64,000 nucleotides of DNA, from assembly GCA_030429485.1 (NCBI GenBank), contig JAUIFD010000002.1, positions 130-64,129 of the forward strand, read 5' to 3'. Source of the stretch: Phycisphaerae bacterium (lineage in GTDB: Bacteria; Planctomycetota; Phycisphaerae; Phycisphaerales; UBA1924). The position numbers and the translations under genes were made by a program. Positions 9,986 through 17,587 of this stretch are shown here, piece after piece (the stretch's first letter is position 1; each line of letters begins with the position of its first letter). The notes beneath the pieces are model-generated. The model was not told the DNA's origin. It ran no database searches and worked only from the letters and a program-made list of their open reading frames with translations.

Positions 9986-10753
9986 TCACCGCCCGCCGTC
10001 CCACGCCGGCGTCGCCTGACGGTCTACGAACCGCACCCACACCCAATCCAACGCCCGCACGCCCCACCCGCGGCGGACCGCCGTACCCGCGATCGCGAGA
10101 CCGACGCAACCCCCTATCACGACGTCACTTGCGTAATGAGCCCCGAACGCGACCCGTGACACGCCCACCAGTACGGCGAGCGTCGCGACGATCGGCGTGA
10201 GGCGGGGATAGATGATCGCGAGGAATGCGCTCGCCACCACCGCGTACGCCGTGTGGCTCGAGGGCATCGACCAGAGCTTCTCCACGCCGTCGCGCCAGAA
10301 CTCGTACGGGAGCACCACCCCCTCGCCCGGGCCCATGGGGCGTCCGCCAGCCGGCCCGAGGAAGGTCCACGCCTCGTGCATGAGCGGGCGGGGTCGGCCG
10401 ACGAGCATTTTGAGCCCGGTGACCACGAGCCCCGTGATCGCCGCCGCCGCGCCCCAGTCGAGCAGCCGGCGCCGGCGGGGTGGGTCCATCACCCAGACCA
10501 CCAACGCGATCACGAGCGAACTCGTGAGCTGCCCGTATTGCCCGAGGGCTTCGAGCTCCCGCCGGACGTCCCCGCCCAGGCGCACGCCGCCCATCCAGCG
10601 CGCGATGGCGGGATCAAGCAGGAGCAGGGGCAGCGCCAGCACGCCGACGAACAGCGGGCGCGCCCACGTGCGCCGCTTCGGTGCGCTCGCCCACGCCCAC
10701 CCCGGCCCGAACACCGGACGGACGCGCCGAACACCCGCGTGCGCCCAGCGCAC
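9986..10753 (-). CDS. PAP2-family (acid phosphatase / lipid phosphate phosphatase) membrane protein
   Basis: Three PAP2 motifs in order: KMLVGRPRP, MPSSHT, SRVAFGAHYASDV. The track ORF extends to 11050 but overlaps the divergent GT39 gene. GTG at 10753 is the most upstream start compatible with that gene (start uncertain). Confidence 0.75.
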   Translation of the reverse strand: MRWAHAGVRRVRPVFGPGWAWASAPKRRTWARPLFVGVLALPLLLLDPAIARWMGGVRLGGDVRRELEALGQYGQLTSSLVIALVVWVMDPPRRRRLLDWGAAAAITGLVVTGLKMLVGRPRPLMHEAWTFLGPAGGRPMGPGEGVVLPYEFWRDGVEKLWSMPSSHTAYAVVASAFLAIIYPRLTPIVATLAVLVGVSRVAFGAHYASDVVIGGCVGLAIAGTAVRRGWGVRALDWVWVRFVDRQATPAWDGGR

Positions 10754-10784
10754 GGGCGCGATGAGCCCGCGGTTATAGTCGCGT

Positions 10785-12707
10785 GTGATGTCCGCGGGCC
10801 TGCGCACGAGTCGCCCCCATCGCGGGTGGTGTCGCAGCCCGGTTGCACTCGCCGGGCTCGTGTTGCTGTGCCTCGCAGTGTATGGGCCGGGCTTGGTCGC
10901 TCTCCCGGTGATCGATCGCGACGAGGCGCGCTTCGCGCAGGCGAGCCGACAGATGTTCGAGTCGGTCGCGCTGCCCGAATCCGAACGCGACCCTGAACTG
11001 CACGCCGGCGGGCTCGTGATCCCGCGGGTCGCGGGGCGTGATCGTCTCAATAAGCCGCCGATGATCTACTGGCTCCAGGCGGGCGCCGCGGCCGCGATGA
11101 CCGGCGCCGACCCCATGCGCGACGCGATCTGGATGTACCGCCTGCCCTCGGTGATCGCGGCGATCATCACCGTGCTCGTGACGTGGAGGCTCGGGTCGGA
11201 GATGTTCGCCCCCCGCGTCGGCCTGCTCGCGGGCGCGATGCTCGCGGTGTGCCCGCTCTTCGCGTGGGAGGCGCACCAGGCGCGCGCCGATCACGTGCTC
11301 GTCGCGTGCACCACGCTCGCGATGTGGAAGCTTTGGAGAGTCTGGTCCCGCGCGCTCGCGGGCGCGCGCGCGCCCTGGGCCCTGTGCGCGATGTGGGTGT
11401 TTGTTGCGCTCGCGGTCTACACCAAGGGGCCGATCGGGCTCGTTGTGGTCGGGCTGCCCGCATCGATGCTCGCCCTGCGCGCGCCCCGTGCGGCGATCGC
11501 CCTGAACGAGGCGTCGAAGGGGCTATCCGGGGCATCGGCGGGGGCGCCCGCCGCTGGGGAGCGCAAGCGACCGCAGCACGCACGCTACGTCTTCGGCTTC
11601 CGCTCGTTCCGACCATTGCTCGGTGCGCTCTTCGTCATCGCAGCACTCGCGCCGTGGGTGTTCGCGGTCGCGTCGCGCGTGGGGTTTGGGGCGTACGCGT
11701 CGCTCGTGGCGGACGAGGTGCTGGGTCGAGGTGTGTCCGCGAAGGAGGGGCACGTCGGGCCGCCGGGGTACCACCTCGTGGCGCTGGTGCTGCTGTTCTG
11801 GCCGGGCGTGATGCTCACCGCAGCGGGTGTCGCGCGGGCGTGGCGTCGCGGCACGGTGGCGCGCCGCGCGTTTGACGCGCCACAAGATCCACTCATCGTG
11901 CGCGCGATGCGGTCCACTTGGCGCGCGATCACGTCGCGCTTCTCAGCGACGCCCGACGCCTTTCTGGTCGCGTGGATCGTGCCGACATGGATCCTGCTCG
12001 AGCTCTACGCGACCAAACTCCCGCACTACACGATGCCGCTCTACCCCGCGATCGCGATCGCCAGCGCGCGAGCGGTGGCGGTCTACACCCGCGCCCGCAA
12101 GACGCCCGGCTCGCTCGCGCTGGTCTTCTGGTGTGTGCAGGGGGCGATCGTGGCGTTGGGTGCCTCAGTCGCTGCGCCCTGGGCGGCAGGTCGCCTCGCG
12201 CCGATCCCGACGCTCGAGATTGTGACCTTCGGCGTCGCCGCGATCGGCGCGGCGACCCTGCTCTGGCGCATGTTCCTCGCGGTGCGCAGCCGCGATCTCG
12301 TGCGCGCGCAGCTCCTCTCGATTGCCGTCGGCGTGCTCGTCTGGATCCCGCTCATGCGGTTTGCGATGCCGAGGTTTGCTGGGCTGACGACGCGCGTCGT
12401 CGCCGACGCATGCGATGCTGCGCCCGGAGCGCCCGTTGCCGCGATCGGCTTCTACGAGGACAGCCTCGACTTCCTCACCCGCGCGAGCATCGAGCGAATC
12501 ACGCCCGAACAGCAGGGCGAGTTTTGGAGCGCCCATCCCGAAGCGGTCGCGATCATCTCGGACGGTCACCTGCTCAAGGACCACGATGTGTTGGCGCGTG
12601 TCACCGGGCTTGAATACGCACGCGGACGCGTGGAAACGCTGTTGGTGGTTCGCCCAGCGTCCCTCGGCAAACCGATCGACAGCACGGCGGAGCCCGGCCA
12701 TGAGTGA
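10785..12707 (+). CDS. GT39 / ArnT-like (PMT_2) lipid-linked-sugar glycosyltransferase, polytopic membrane protein
   Basis: N-terminal loop VIDRDEARFAQASRQMFES...IPRVAGRDRLNKPPMIYWLQA matches the conserved Asp-Glu loop region of ArnT/PMT-type enzymes. It has more than 10 TM segments. Confidence 0.8.
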   Translation: MMSAGLRTSRPHRGWCRSPVALAGLVLLCLAVYGPGLVALPVIDRDEARFAQASRQMFESVALPESERDPELHAGGLVIPRVAGRDRLNKPPMIYWLQAGAAAAMTGADPMRDAIWMYRLPSVIAAIITVLVTWRLGSEMFAPRVGLLAGAMLAVCPLFAWEAHQARADHVLVACTTLAMWKLWRVWSRALAGARAPWALCAMWVFVALAVYTKGPIGLVVVGLPASMLALRAPRAAIALNEASKGLSGASAGAPAAGERKRPQHARYVFGFRSFRPLLGALFVIAALAPWVFAVASRVGFGAYASLVADEVLGRGVSAKEGHVGPPGYHLVALVLLFWPGVMLTAAGVARAWRRGTVARRAFDAPQDPLIVRAMRSTWRAITSRFSATPDAFLVAWIVPTWILLELYATKLPHYTMPLYPAIAIASARAVAVYTRARKTPGSLALVFWCVQGAIVALGASVAAPWAAGRLAPIPTLEIVTFGVAAIGAATLLWRMFLAVRSRDLVRAQLLSIAVGVLVWIPLMRFAMPRFAGLTTRVVADACDAAPGAPVAAIGFYEDSLDFLTRASIERITPEQQGEFWSAHPEAVAIISDGHLLKDHDVLARVTGLEYARGRVETLLVVRPASLGKPIDSTAEPGHE

Positions 12708-13419
12708 GGCTCCCGAATCGTCGCCCGTCGGCTTGCTGTTGGTCGACAAGCCGATCGGCCCGACGTCGATGGACGTCTGCCGGCGCGTGCGCCGTGCGCT
12801 TGTGCGCGCGGGGGCGCCCAAGCGCATCCGCGTCGGGCACGGCGGCACGCTCGATCCGCTCGCCTCCGGGTTGCTCGTGGTGCTCGTCGGTCGCCCGGCG
12901 ACGCGCCTGTCCGACCTCATCATGGCTGGTGAGAAGGAATACACCGCGACGGTGGACTTCGCGCACCGTTCCGCGACGGATGATCGCGAGGGCCCGGTGA
13001 CGCCGGTGGATGTCGCGACGCCGCCGAGCGGGGCGGAGGTGCGCGAGGCGTGCGCACGGTTTGTGGGCGAGATCATGCAGGCCCCGCCGGCCCACAGCGC
13101 GGTGAAGATCGGCGGGCGTCGGGCGTATGCCGAGGCCCGCGCGGGGCGCGATCCGAAGCCCGAGCCGCGCCCGGTGATGATCCACGCGATCGAGCTCGAA
13201 GCGTACGAGTTTCCCCGGGGTGTGCTGCACGTCCGGTGCGGCAAGGGGGCGTACATCCGCTCGCTCGCGCGCGATCTCGGCGCGGCGCTCGGCACGGGCG
13301 GCATGCTCTCGGACCTTCGGCGCACGCGCATCGCGAGGTTTCACGTCGACGACGCGAGCAAGCTCGACGACCTGCCCGAGCACATGACAAGTGATGACCT
13401 GCTCCCCATCCCCGAGTAA
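12700..13419 (+). CDS. truB: tRNA pseudouridine(55) synthase
   Basis: GLLLVDKPIGPTSMDVCRRVRR...GHGGTLDPLASGLLVVLVGRATRL and KEY..TV are TruB motifs. ATG 12700 overlaps the GT39 stop (ATGAGTGA). The track ORF start 12415 is an upstream extension inside GT39. Confidence 0.9.
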   Translation: MSEAPESSPVGLLLVDKPIGPTSMDVCRRVRRALVRAGAPKRIRVGHGGTLDPLASGLLVVLVGRPATRLSDLIMAGEKEYTATVDFAHRSATDDREGPVTPVDVATPPSGAEVREACARFVGEIMQAPPAHSAVKIGGRRAYAEARAGRDPKPEPRPVMIHAIELEAYEFPRGVLHVRCGKGAYIRSLARDLGAALGTGGMLSDLRRTRIARFHVDDASKLDDLPEHMTSDDLLPIPE

Positions 13420-13428
13420 GCTGGCGCG

Positions 13429-14382
13429 ATGCAGCGAGCGGGGTTTGGGTGTAGACGTGAGAAGCGGTCGGTCGCGTTCACGCTGATCGAGTTGCTCGTG
13501 GTGATCGCGATCATCGCGCTGCTCATCGGGATCCTGCTCCCGGCCCTGGGCGGGGCGCGCACGTCGGCGCGCACGCTGCGGTGCGCTTCGCAGATGCGCC
13601 AGCTCGGGATCGGGTGGGCGATCTACGCGGGCGACTGGGACGACGTCTCGATCCCCGGTCAGCCCGGGCGATACTCGGACGAGACACTCAACATCTACGA
13701 CGTCGGCAACGGGCAGCACTACCGCCCGCGGTGGTTCGCGACGATGGGCGCCTCGGCCGGTTTCTATGCGTACGGCGAACCTTCGACCGATCGCGATGAC
13801 GAGCACGCCTACCCGGTGACCAACGAGGTCTTTCTCTGCCCGGAAGCGGACAACTGGGTCTCGACGCGCAACTCGCCCTACGGGTACAACCACCAGTTTC
13901 TGGGCAACGCGCGCTGGCGATCGACCGATGACGACACTTCCGGGTATGTCAACTTCCCGGTGCGCGTGAGCCGGATCAACGCGTCGCGGACGGTGCTGTT
14001 TGCCGATTCGATGGGCACCGCTGCGGGCAAGCCCGAGGCGGAGCGCACAGCCAATCACGAGGACGGCTCGCGCGACCCCGACCTTCGCGCCATGGGCGGG
14101 CATGGGTACGTGATCGACCCGCCTCGGCTCGAGGCGGATTCGGACTACGCCGACCCGCGCAACCGCAGCCCACAGCATCGCAGCGCCCCCGACCCGCGCC
14201 ACTCGCGCAGCACCAACGCCGCGTTCGCTGACGGGCACGTGAAGACCACGACGCTCGAAGAACTCGGGTATGTGGTGCGCGGTGACGGCTCGATCGCGAC
14301 GGACACGGTCGACGGACGCGAACCGACGAACGAGCTGTTTTCGGGGAGCGGGCGGGATGAACTGCCGGAGGGGGTGGACTAG
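13429..14382 (+). CDS. prepilin-type N-terminal cleavage/methylation domain protein with H-X9-DG motif (pseudopilin-like)
   Basis: [25 protein letters not shown] is the class III signal and methylation motif. The C-terminal [13 protein letters not shown] fits H-X9-DG exactly. This is a family massively expanded in Planctomycetota and Verrucomicrobiota. Confidence 0.85.
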   Translation: MQRAGFGCRREKRSVAFTLIELLVVIAIIALLIGILLPALGGARTSARTLRCASQMRQLGIGWAIYAGDWDDVSIPGQPGRYSDETLNIYDVGNGQHYRPRWFATMGASAGFYAYGEPSTDRDDEHAYPVTNEVFLCPEADNWVSTRNSPYGYNHQFLGNARWRSTDDDTSGYVNFPVRVSRINASRTVLFADSMGTAAGKPEAERTANHEDGSRDPDLRAMGGHGYVIDPPRLEADSDYADPRNRSPQHRSAPDPRHSRSTNAAFADGHVKTTTLEELGYVVRGDGSIATDTVDGREPTNELFSGSGRDELPEGVD

Positions 14383-14515
14383 GGGCCCGAAGCGCACGCG
14401 AGGGTCTGTGGCTCGGGTGCTGTGCGGCGGCGTGTGAGACCCTGGCTTGCGCCACGGGCTCGCTGGATCTCGGCGGTCTCTCGGCGTTGCGTGGGCTTCG
14501 GGGTACCATCCGCCC

Positions 14516-15397
14516 ATGACCACCGCCCAGGCCGAACCGGCTGCGACGACCGAGGCTCGGGCCGAGCGCCCGTTGCTGCACGTGCAGGACCTCAAGACGC
14601 ACTTCCCCATCCGCTCGGGGCTGCTCCAGCGGGTGACGGGGCACGTGAAGGCCGTGGACGGCGTGTCGTTCGATCTCGCTCGCGGGGAAACCCTGGGGCT
14701 TGTGGGCGAATCCGGGTGTGGCAAGACGACGGTGGGGCGGTCGATCCTCCGCCTCATCCCCGCGACCTCGGGCGTGGTCGAGTTTGAGGGCAAGAACGTG
14801 TTCGCGGCTCACGGGGCCCAGCTCAAGGCCCTGCGCCGGGACATGCAGATCATCTTCCAGGACCCCGCCGGCTCGCTCAACCCGCGGATGCGGATCGCCC
14901 AGATCGTGGGTGAGCCGCTCCAGGTGCACGGCATGGCGACGCGGGACGAGCTGCGCCCGAAGGTGGAGGAACTCCTCGTGCGCTGCGGCATGCCCAAGCA
15001 GGCGGCGGACCGGTACCCCCACGAGTTTTCGGGCGGTCAGCGTCAGCGGATCGGCATCGCGCGGGCGCTGGCGCTGGAGCCGAAGTTCATCGTGTGCGAC
15101 GAGCCGACGAGCGCGCTCGACGTGTCGATTCAGGCGCAGATCATCAACCTGCTCGATGACTTGCAGAGCGAGTTCGGGCTGAGCTACCTGTTCATCTCGC
15201 ACGACATGGCGGTCATCAAGCACGTGTGCAAGAACATCGCGGTGATGTACAAGGGCAAGATCGTGGAGCACGGCCCGCGCGATCAGATCACCGAAGACCC
15301 GCAGCACAAGTACACGCAGTCACTCCTGAGTGCTGTGCCGGAGACCGATCCGAGAGCGCAGAAGCACCGGATCGTCTTCGAGGGCGGGGCGATGTAG
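14516..15397 (+). CDS. oligopeptide/dipeptide-type ABC transporter ATP-binding protein (OppF/DppF-like)
   Basis: Walker A GESGCGKTT, signature FSGGQRQRIGIARAL, Walker B FIVCDEPTSALD and the Opp/Dpp C-terminal extension HKYTQSLLSAVPETDP are present. ATG 14516 (MTTAQ) is preferred to the track start 14447. Confidence 0.9.
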   Translation: MTTAQAEPAATTEARAERPLLHVQDLKTHFPIRSGLLQRVTGHVKAVDGVSFDLARGETLGLVGESGCGKTTVGRSILRLIPATSGVVEFEGKNVFAAHGAQLKALRRDMQIIFQDPAGSLNPRMRIAQIVGEPLQVHGMATRDELRPKVEELLVRCGMPKQAADRYPHEFSGGQRQRIGIARALALEPKFIVCDEPTSALDVSIQAQIINLLDDLQSEFGLSYLFISHDMAVIKHVCKNIAVMYKGKIVEHGPRDQITEDPQHKYTQSLLSAVPETDPRAQKHRIVFEGGAM

Positions 15398-15414
15398 TCC
15401 GTGGGATCTTGCCG

Positions 15415-15768
15415 ATGACACCACATGAAATCATCACGATCGTTGGAGGTCCATCGGTTCTTCTGGCCGGCAGTGCTCTTGGGTACTTGTTACGAGAAGT
15501 GCAGTTCCGCTCGCATCCGTTCCTGGCTATTCAGTCTGTTGAGGGTGGGGTGCTGGAGAACGCGCGCGAAGTAGACATACACCAAGAAGCCAGAGTTAGC
15601 GGTTCATCGATTTGGTCGACGGCATCAAGCCGAGCAAAGGCACGCGTAGTCACACGGCGGAGACAGTTGCTGCGCTTGGATCCTTGTTCCAAGTCAGAAT
15701 GTTCGCGCACTACGTCGCAGCGACCGTGTCCGCTGGAAAGGTCGTGCTTCCCACCCAGACAAGCGTAG
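15415..15768 (+). CDS. hypothetical; only the first ~60 codons look protein-like (TM helix). Possibly the 5' part of a frameshifted gene continued in 15612..16451
   Basis: MTPHEIITIVGGPSVLLAGSALGYLLREVQFRSHPFLAIQSVEGGVLENAREVDIHQEARVSG is plausible. After ~15600 this frame becomes Arg/Ser/Cys-rich junk, while the -1 frame becomes protein-like. Confidence 0.3.
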   Translation: MTPHEIITIVGGPSVLLAGSALGYLLREVQFRSHPFLAIQSVEGGVLENAREVDIHQEARVSGSSIWSTASSRAKARVVTRRRQLLRLDPCSKSECSRTTSQRPCPLERSCFPPRQA

Positions 15769-16451
15769 AGGTCAGTGCAGGTTCCTCGCCGGTTAAGGTG
15801 CATTACGACAAGGAGCTTGGCGGGTTCGTTGTCTGGTTTCCAGCACATCAATACATGTTCGCAGAGGGGCTCATTCGCACGGACGATGCGCCCGTGGCTG
15901 AGTATTTTCGGGGGTTCTTGCAATGCGTGGCGCAAGCGGACCCCGCACCGATCGCGAAGGCTCTAAAGCAGATAGTTGTCTCGTTCAAAGATGAGTTGCA
16001 GGCCGCTAAGGAAAGCTATCCGCATCTCCGGTCTATTGTCGATTCACATAGCCGTTGGGTAATCGATGCGTACGTTGCAAACGTTTCGAGATACCCTCTG
16101 GTTCTGCACCCGGTTGCCGAAGCGACCATTCGTGACCGCAGCAAGGCTCGGTACACCCACCGATGCCACTTGGCGCCTTACATTGGTAGCGATAACGGAC
16201 CGCAGAGGAGGGTGCTTCGCCAGCCGCTGTCATTCAAGGCAGGTCAGGACATGAGGCTGTCGTTTGTCTTCGATCAGATGCAGAAGGACCTCGGTCACGG
16301 TGCTGCGATTCGCGAAGCGTTTACAAAGGGCACTGCCACTGTGAAACTACGGGTTCGTGTTTCGGGTGTTGCATGGTTGTCTCGGCGCTCAATAACAACG
16401 AGAAGGGTTCCGTTCGCAGAGCCCGAAGCAGTAGGCGAACGGGAGCGCTGA
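15612..16451 (+). CDS. hypothetical protein with no recognisable family, in the low-GC island
   Basis: A 279-codon ORF with balanced composition (…VKVHYDKELGGFVVWFPAHQYMFAEGLIRTDDAPVAEYFRGFLQCVAQ…). The frame opens just after a TAG at 15597. The start is uncertain: TTG 15612, a later ATG, or a frameshift fusion with 15415. Confidence 0.5.
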   Translation: MVDGIKPSKGTRSHTAETVAALGSLFQVRMFAHYVAATVSAGKVVLPTQTSVEVSAGSSPVKVHYDKELGGFVVWFPAHQYMFAEGLIRTDDAPVAEYFRGFLQCVAQADPAPIAKALKQIVVSFKDELQAAKESYPHLRSIVDSHSRWVIDAYVANVSRYPLVLHPVAEATIRDRSKARYTHRCHLAPYIGSDNGPQRRVLRQPLSFKAGQDMRLSFVFDQMQKDLGHGAAIREAFTKGTATVKLRVRVSGVAWLSRRSITTRRVPFAEPEAVGERER

Positions 16452-16456
16452 TGGTA

Positions 16457-16621
16457 TCAGCACCCGATCTGATACGCCGCGAGATAGGCGAAGAAGTCGT
16501 TCGTGTTGATCATGCCATCGGGCGAGAAGTCGGCCCCAAGGTCCTGCGCTTGATACAGCGCCAGGAAGGCGAAGAAGTCGTTGGTGTTGACGTCACCTTC
16601 GCCGGTGAGATCGGCGGGGCA
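16457..16621 (-). repeat. dockerin-like C-terminal module coding repeat, copy 1 of 7
   Basis: A 54 codons + stop unit shared with 27457, 28822, 29742 (minus strand) and 37550, 40172, 40886 (plus strand). Confidence 0.85.
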
Positions 16622-17062
16622 CGTGGGCTCGGCTGCCCGGACGTAGGAGAACGACCCGCCCGAGGAGCTCATCTGTCCCCACGCGGTGAACCGGATGTCG
16701 ATGTAGATGTCGTCGGTGATGAGGTGGACGACTGCGTCTTGCCCGACCGTGCCAGGTGGGTTGCTGGAGGCCCAAGTCTGCCAAGGCGCGAACGTCAGGT
16801 TCTGCCAGTCGGCCGCCAGCCCGTACGCCCACTCGGTGTCGTCGGGCCCCAGGTTGGAGTACGCCGCCTGGGTCACCGCGTTGAAGAGCCCCTGCGCGTT
16901 GCCGCGCGTGATCCAGACACTGTCGGTGATGCGGTCTTGGTTGTCCGCCTGAGTTGCGTCGGCGAACGCGTCCTTCGAGAAGGCGTAGTCGTACCCGCTC
17001 CAGACCTGCTGGGCCTGAGCGGAGGTCACGGCCAAGCCAAACACGAGCATAACGGCGCGCAT
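16457..17062 (-). CDS. secreted protein, unknown ~125-aa passenger plus C-terminal GC-terminated dockerin-like module
   Basis: Signal peptide MRAVMLVFGLAVTSAQAQQ. C-terminus CPADLTGEGDVNTNDFFAFLALYQAQDLGADFSPDGMINTNDFFAYLAAYQIGC-stop. Confidence 0.8.
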   Translation of the reverse strand: MRAVMLVFGLAVTSAQAQQVWSGYDYAFSKDAFADATQADNQDRITDSVWITRGNAQGLFNAVTQAAYSNLGPDDTEWAYGLAADWQNLTFAPWQTWASSNPPGTVGQDAVVHLITDDIYIDIRFTAWGQMSSSGGSFSYVRAAEPTCPADLTGEGDVNTNDFFAFLALYQAQDLGADFSPDGMINTNDFFAYLAAYQIGC

Positions 17063-17166
17063 GGAGTTCCTTTCGACTCGGAGTCGTCGAAACCTACCAC
17101 GCCCAGCCGGTTTGGCATTCCGCCGAACACGCTGGGGGCCGACAAGATGAGTGCTTTGGCGCGAGA

Positions 17167-17493
17167 TTAGGCGGTAATACCGGTGACCTTGACCGCGGTG
17201 TAGCGCTGGCGGTGTCCGGTCTTCCGGCGGTAGCCGATCTTGGCCTTGAACTTGTGGATGTAGATCTTCTCGCCCTTGACGACCGGCTCGGTGACCTCGG
17301 CGGTCACGGAGGCGCCGCTGACGTAGGGGCGGCCGACGGTGATGTTGCCGCCGGCTTCGCCGATGAGCAGCACCTTGTCGTAGGTGATGGCGTCGCCAGC
17401 CTTTGCGTCACCCGCGTTGATGAGGTCGACGAGGATCTCCTCGCCCTGCTCCACGCGGCGCTGGCCGCCCGACTCTTCGATGATGGCGAACAT
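17167..17493 (-). CDS. rplU: 50S ribosomal protein L21
   Basis: MFAIIEESGGQRRVEQGEEILVDL...KIYIHKFKAKIGYRRKTGHRQRYTAVKVTGI is canonical L21. ATG at 17493. The track ORF to 18072 is an upstream extension overlapping the peptidase gene. Confidence 0.95.
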   Translation of the reverse strand: MFAIIEESGGQRRVEQGEEILVDLINAGDAKAGDAITYDKVLLIGEAGGNITVGRPYVSGASVTAEVTEPVVKGEKIYIHKFKAKIGYRRKTGHRQRYTAVKVTGITA

Positions 17494-17587
17494 GGTCGTC
17501 TCCGTCCGCGCGGGGCAGGGGCGGGCTTGGATGCCCGGCTTCAGGGCCCAGGCCGCAGCGGGGCGGATGGTAGGCGCGAGCGGCGGT

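Larger units (their letters stand above)
15398..16456. other. low-GC island (about 45-53% GC in hand-counted 60-nt samples, versus ~68-70% in the flanks)
   Basis: Hand counts: 15421-15480 = 32/60 GC; 15961-16020 = 27/60 GC. The boundaries coincide with the stop of the ABC ATPase (15397) and the stop of the convergent dockerin-tail gene (16457). Confidence 0.6.

Noticed and set aside
12601-14793. A 730-codon minus-strand ORF spanning truB, the pseudopilin gene and the start of the ABC ATPase
   Set aside because: It crosses three well-supported plus-strand genes and their intergenic gaps. Its composition is Arg/Pro/Ala-dominated with no recognisable domain.
17063-17166. Palindromic tttcga-ctcggagtcg-tcgaaa in the rplU / dockerin-gene spacer
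   Set aside because: The stem is a short 6 bp, alternative pairings are ambiguous, and there is no T-tract. It cannot be distinguished from chance in GC-rich DNA.
16373-17170. A 265-codon plus-strand ORF overlapping the first dockerin-tail gene
   Set aside because: It is antisense to a gene with a clear signal peptide and the conserved C-terminal module. Its own translation (Arg/Gly/Val/Glu-rich) has no features.
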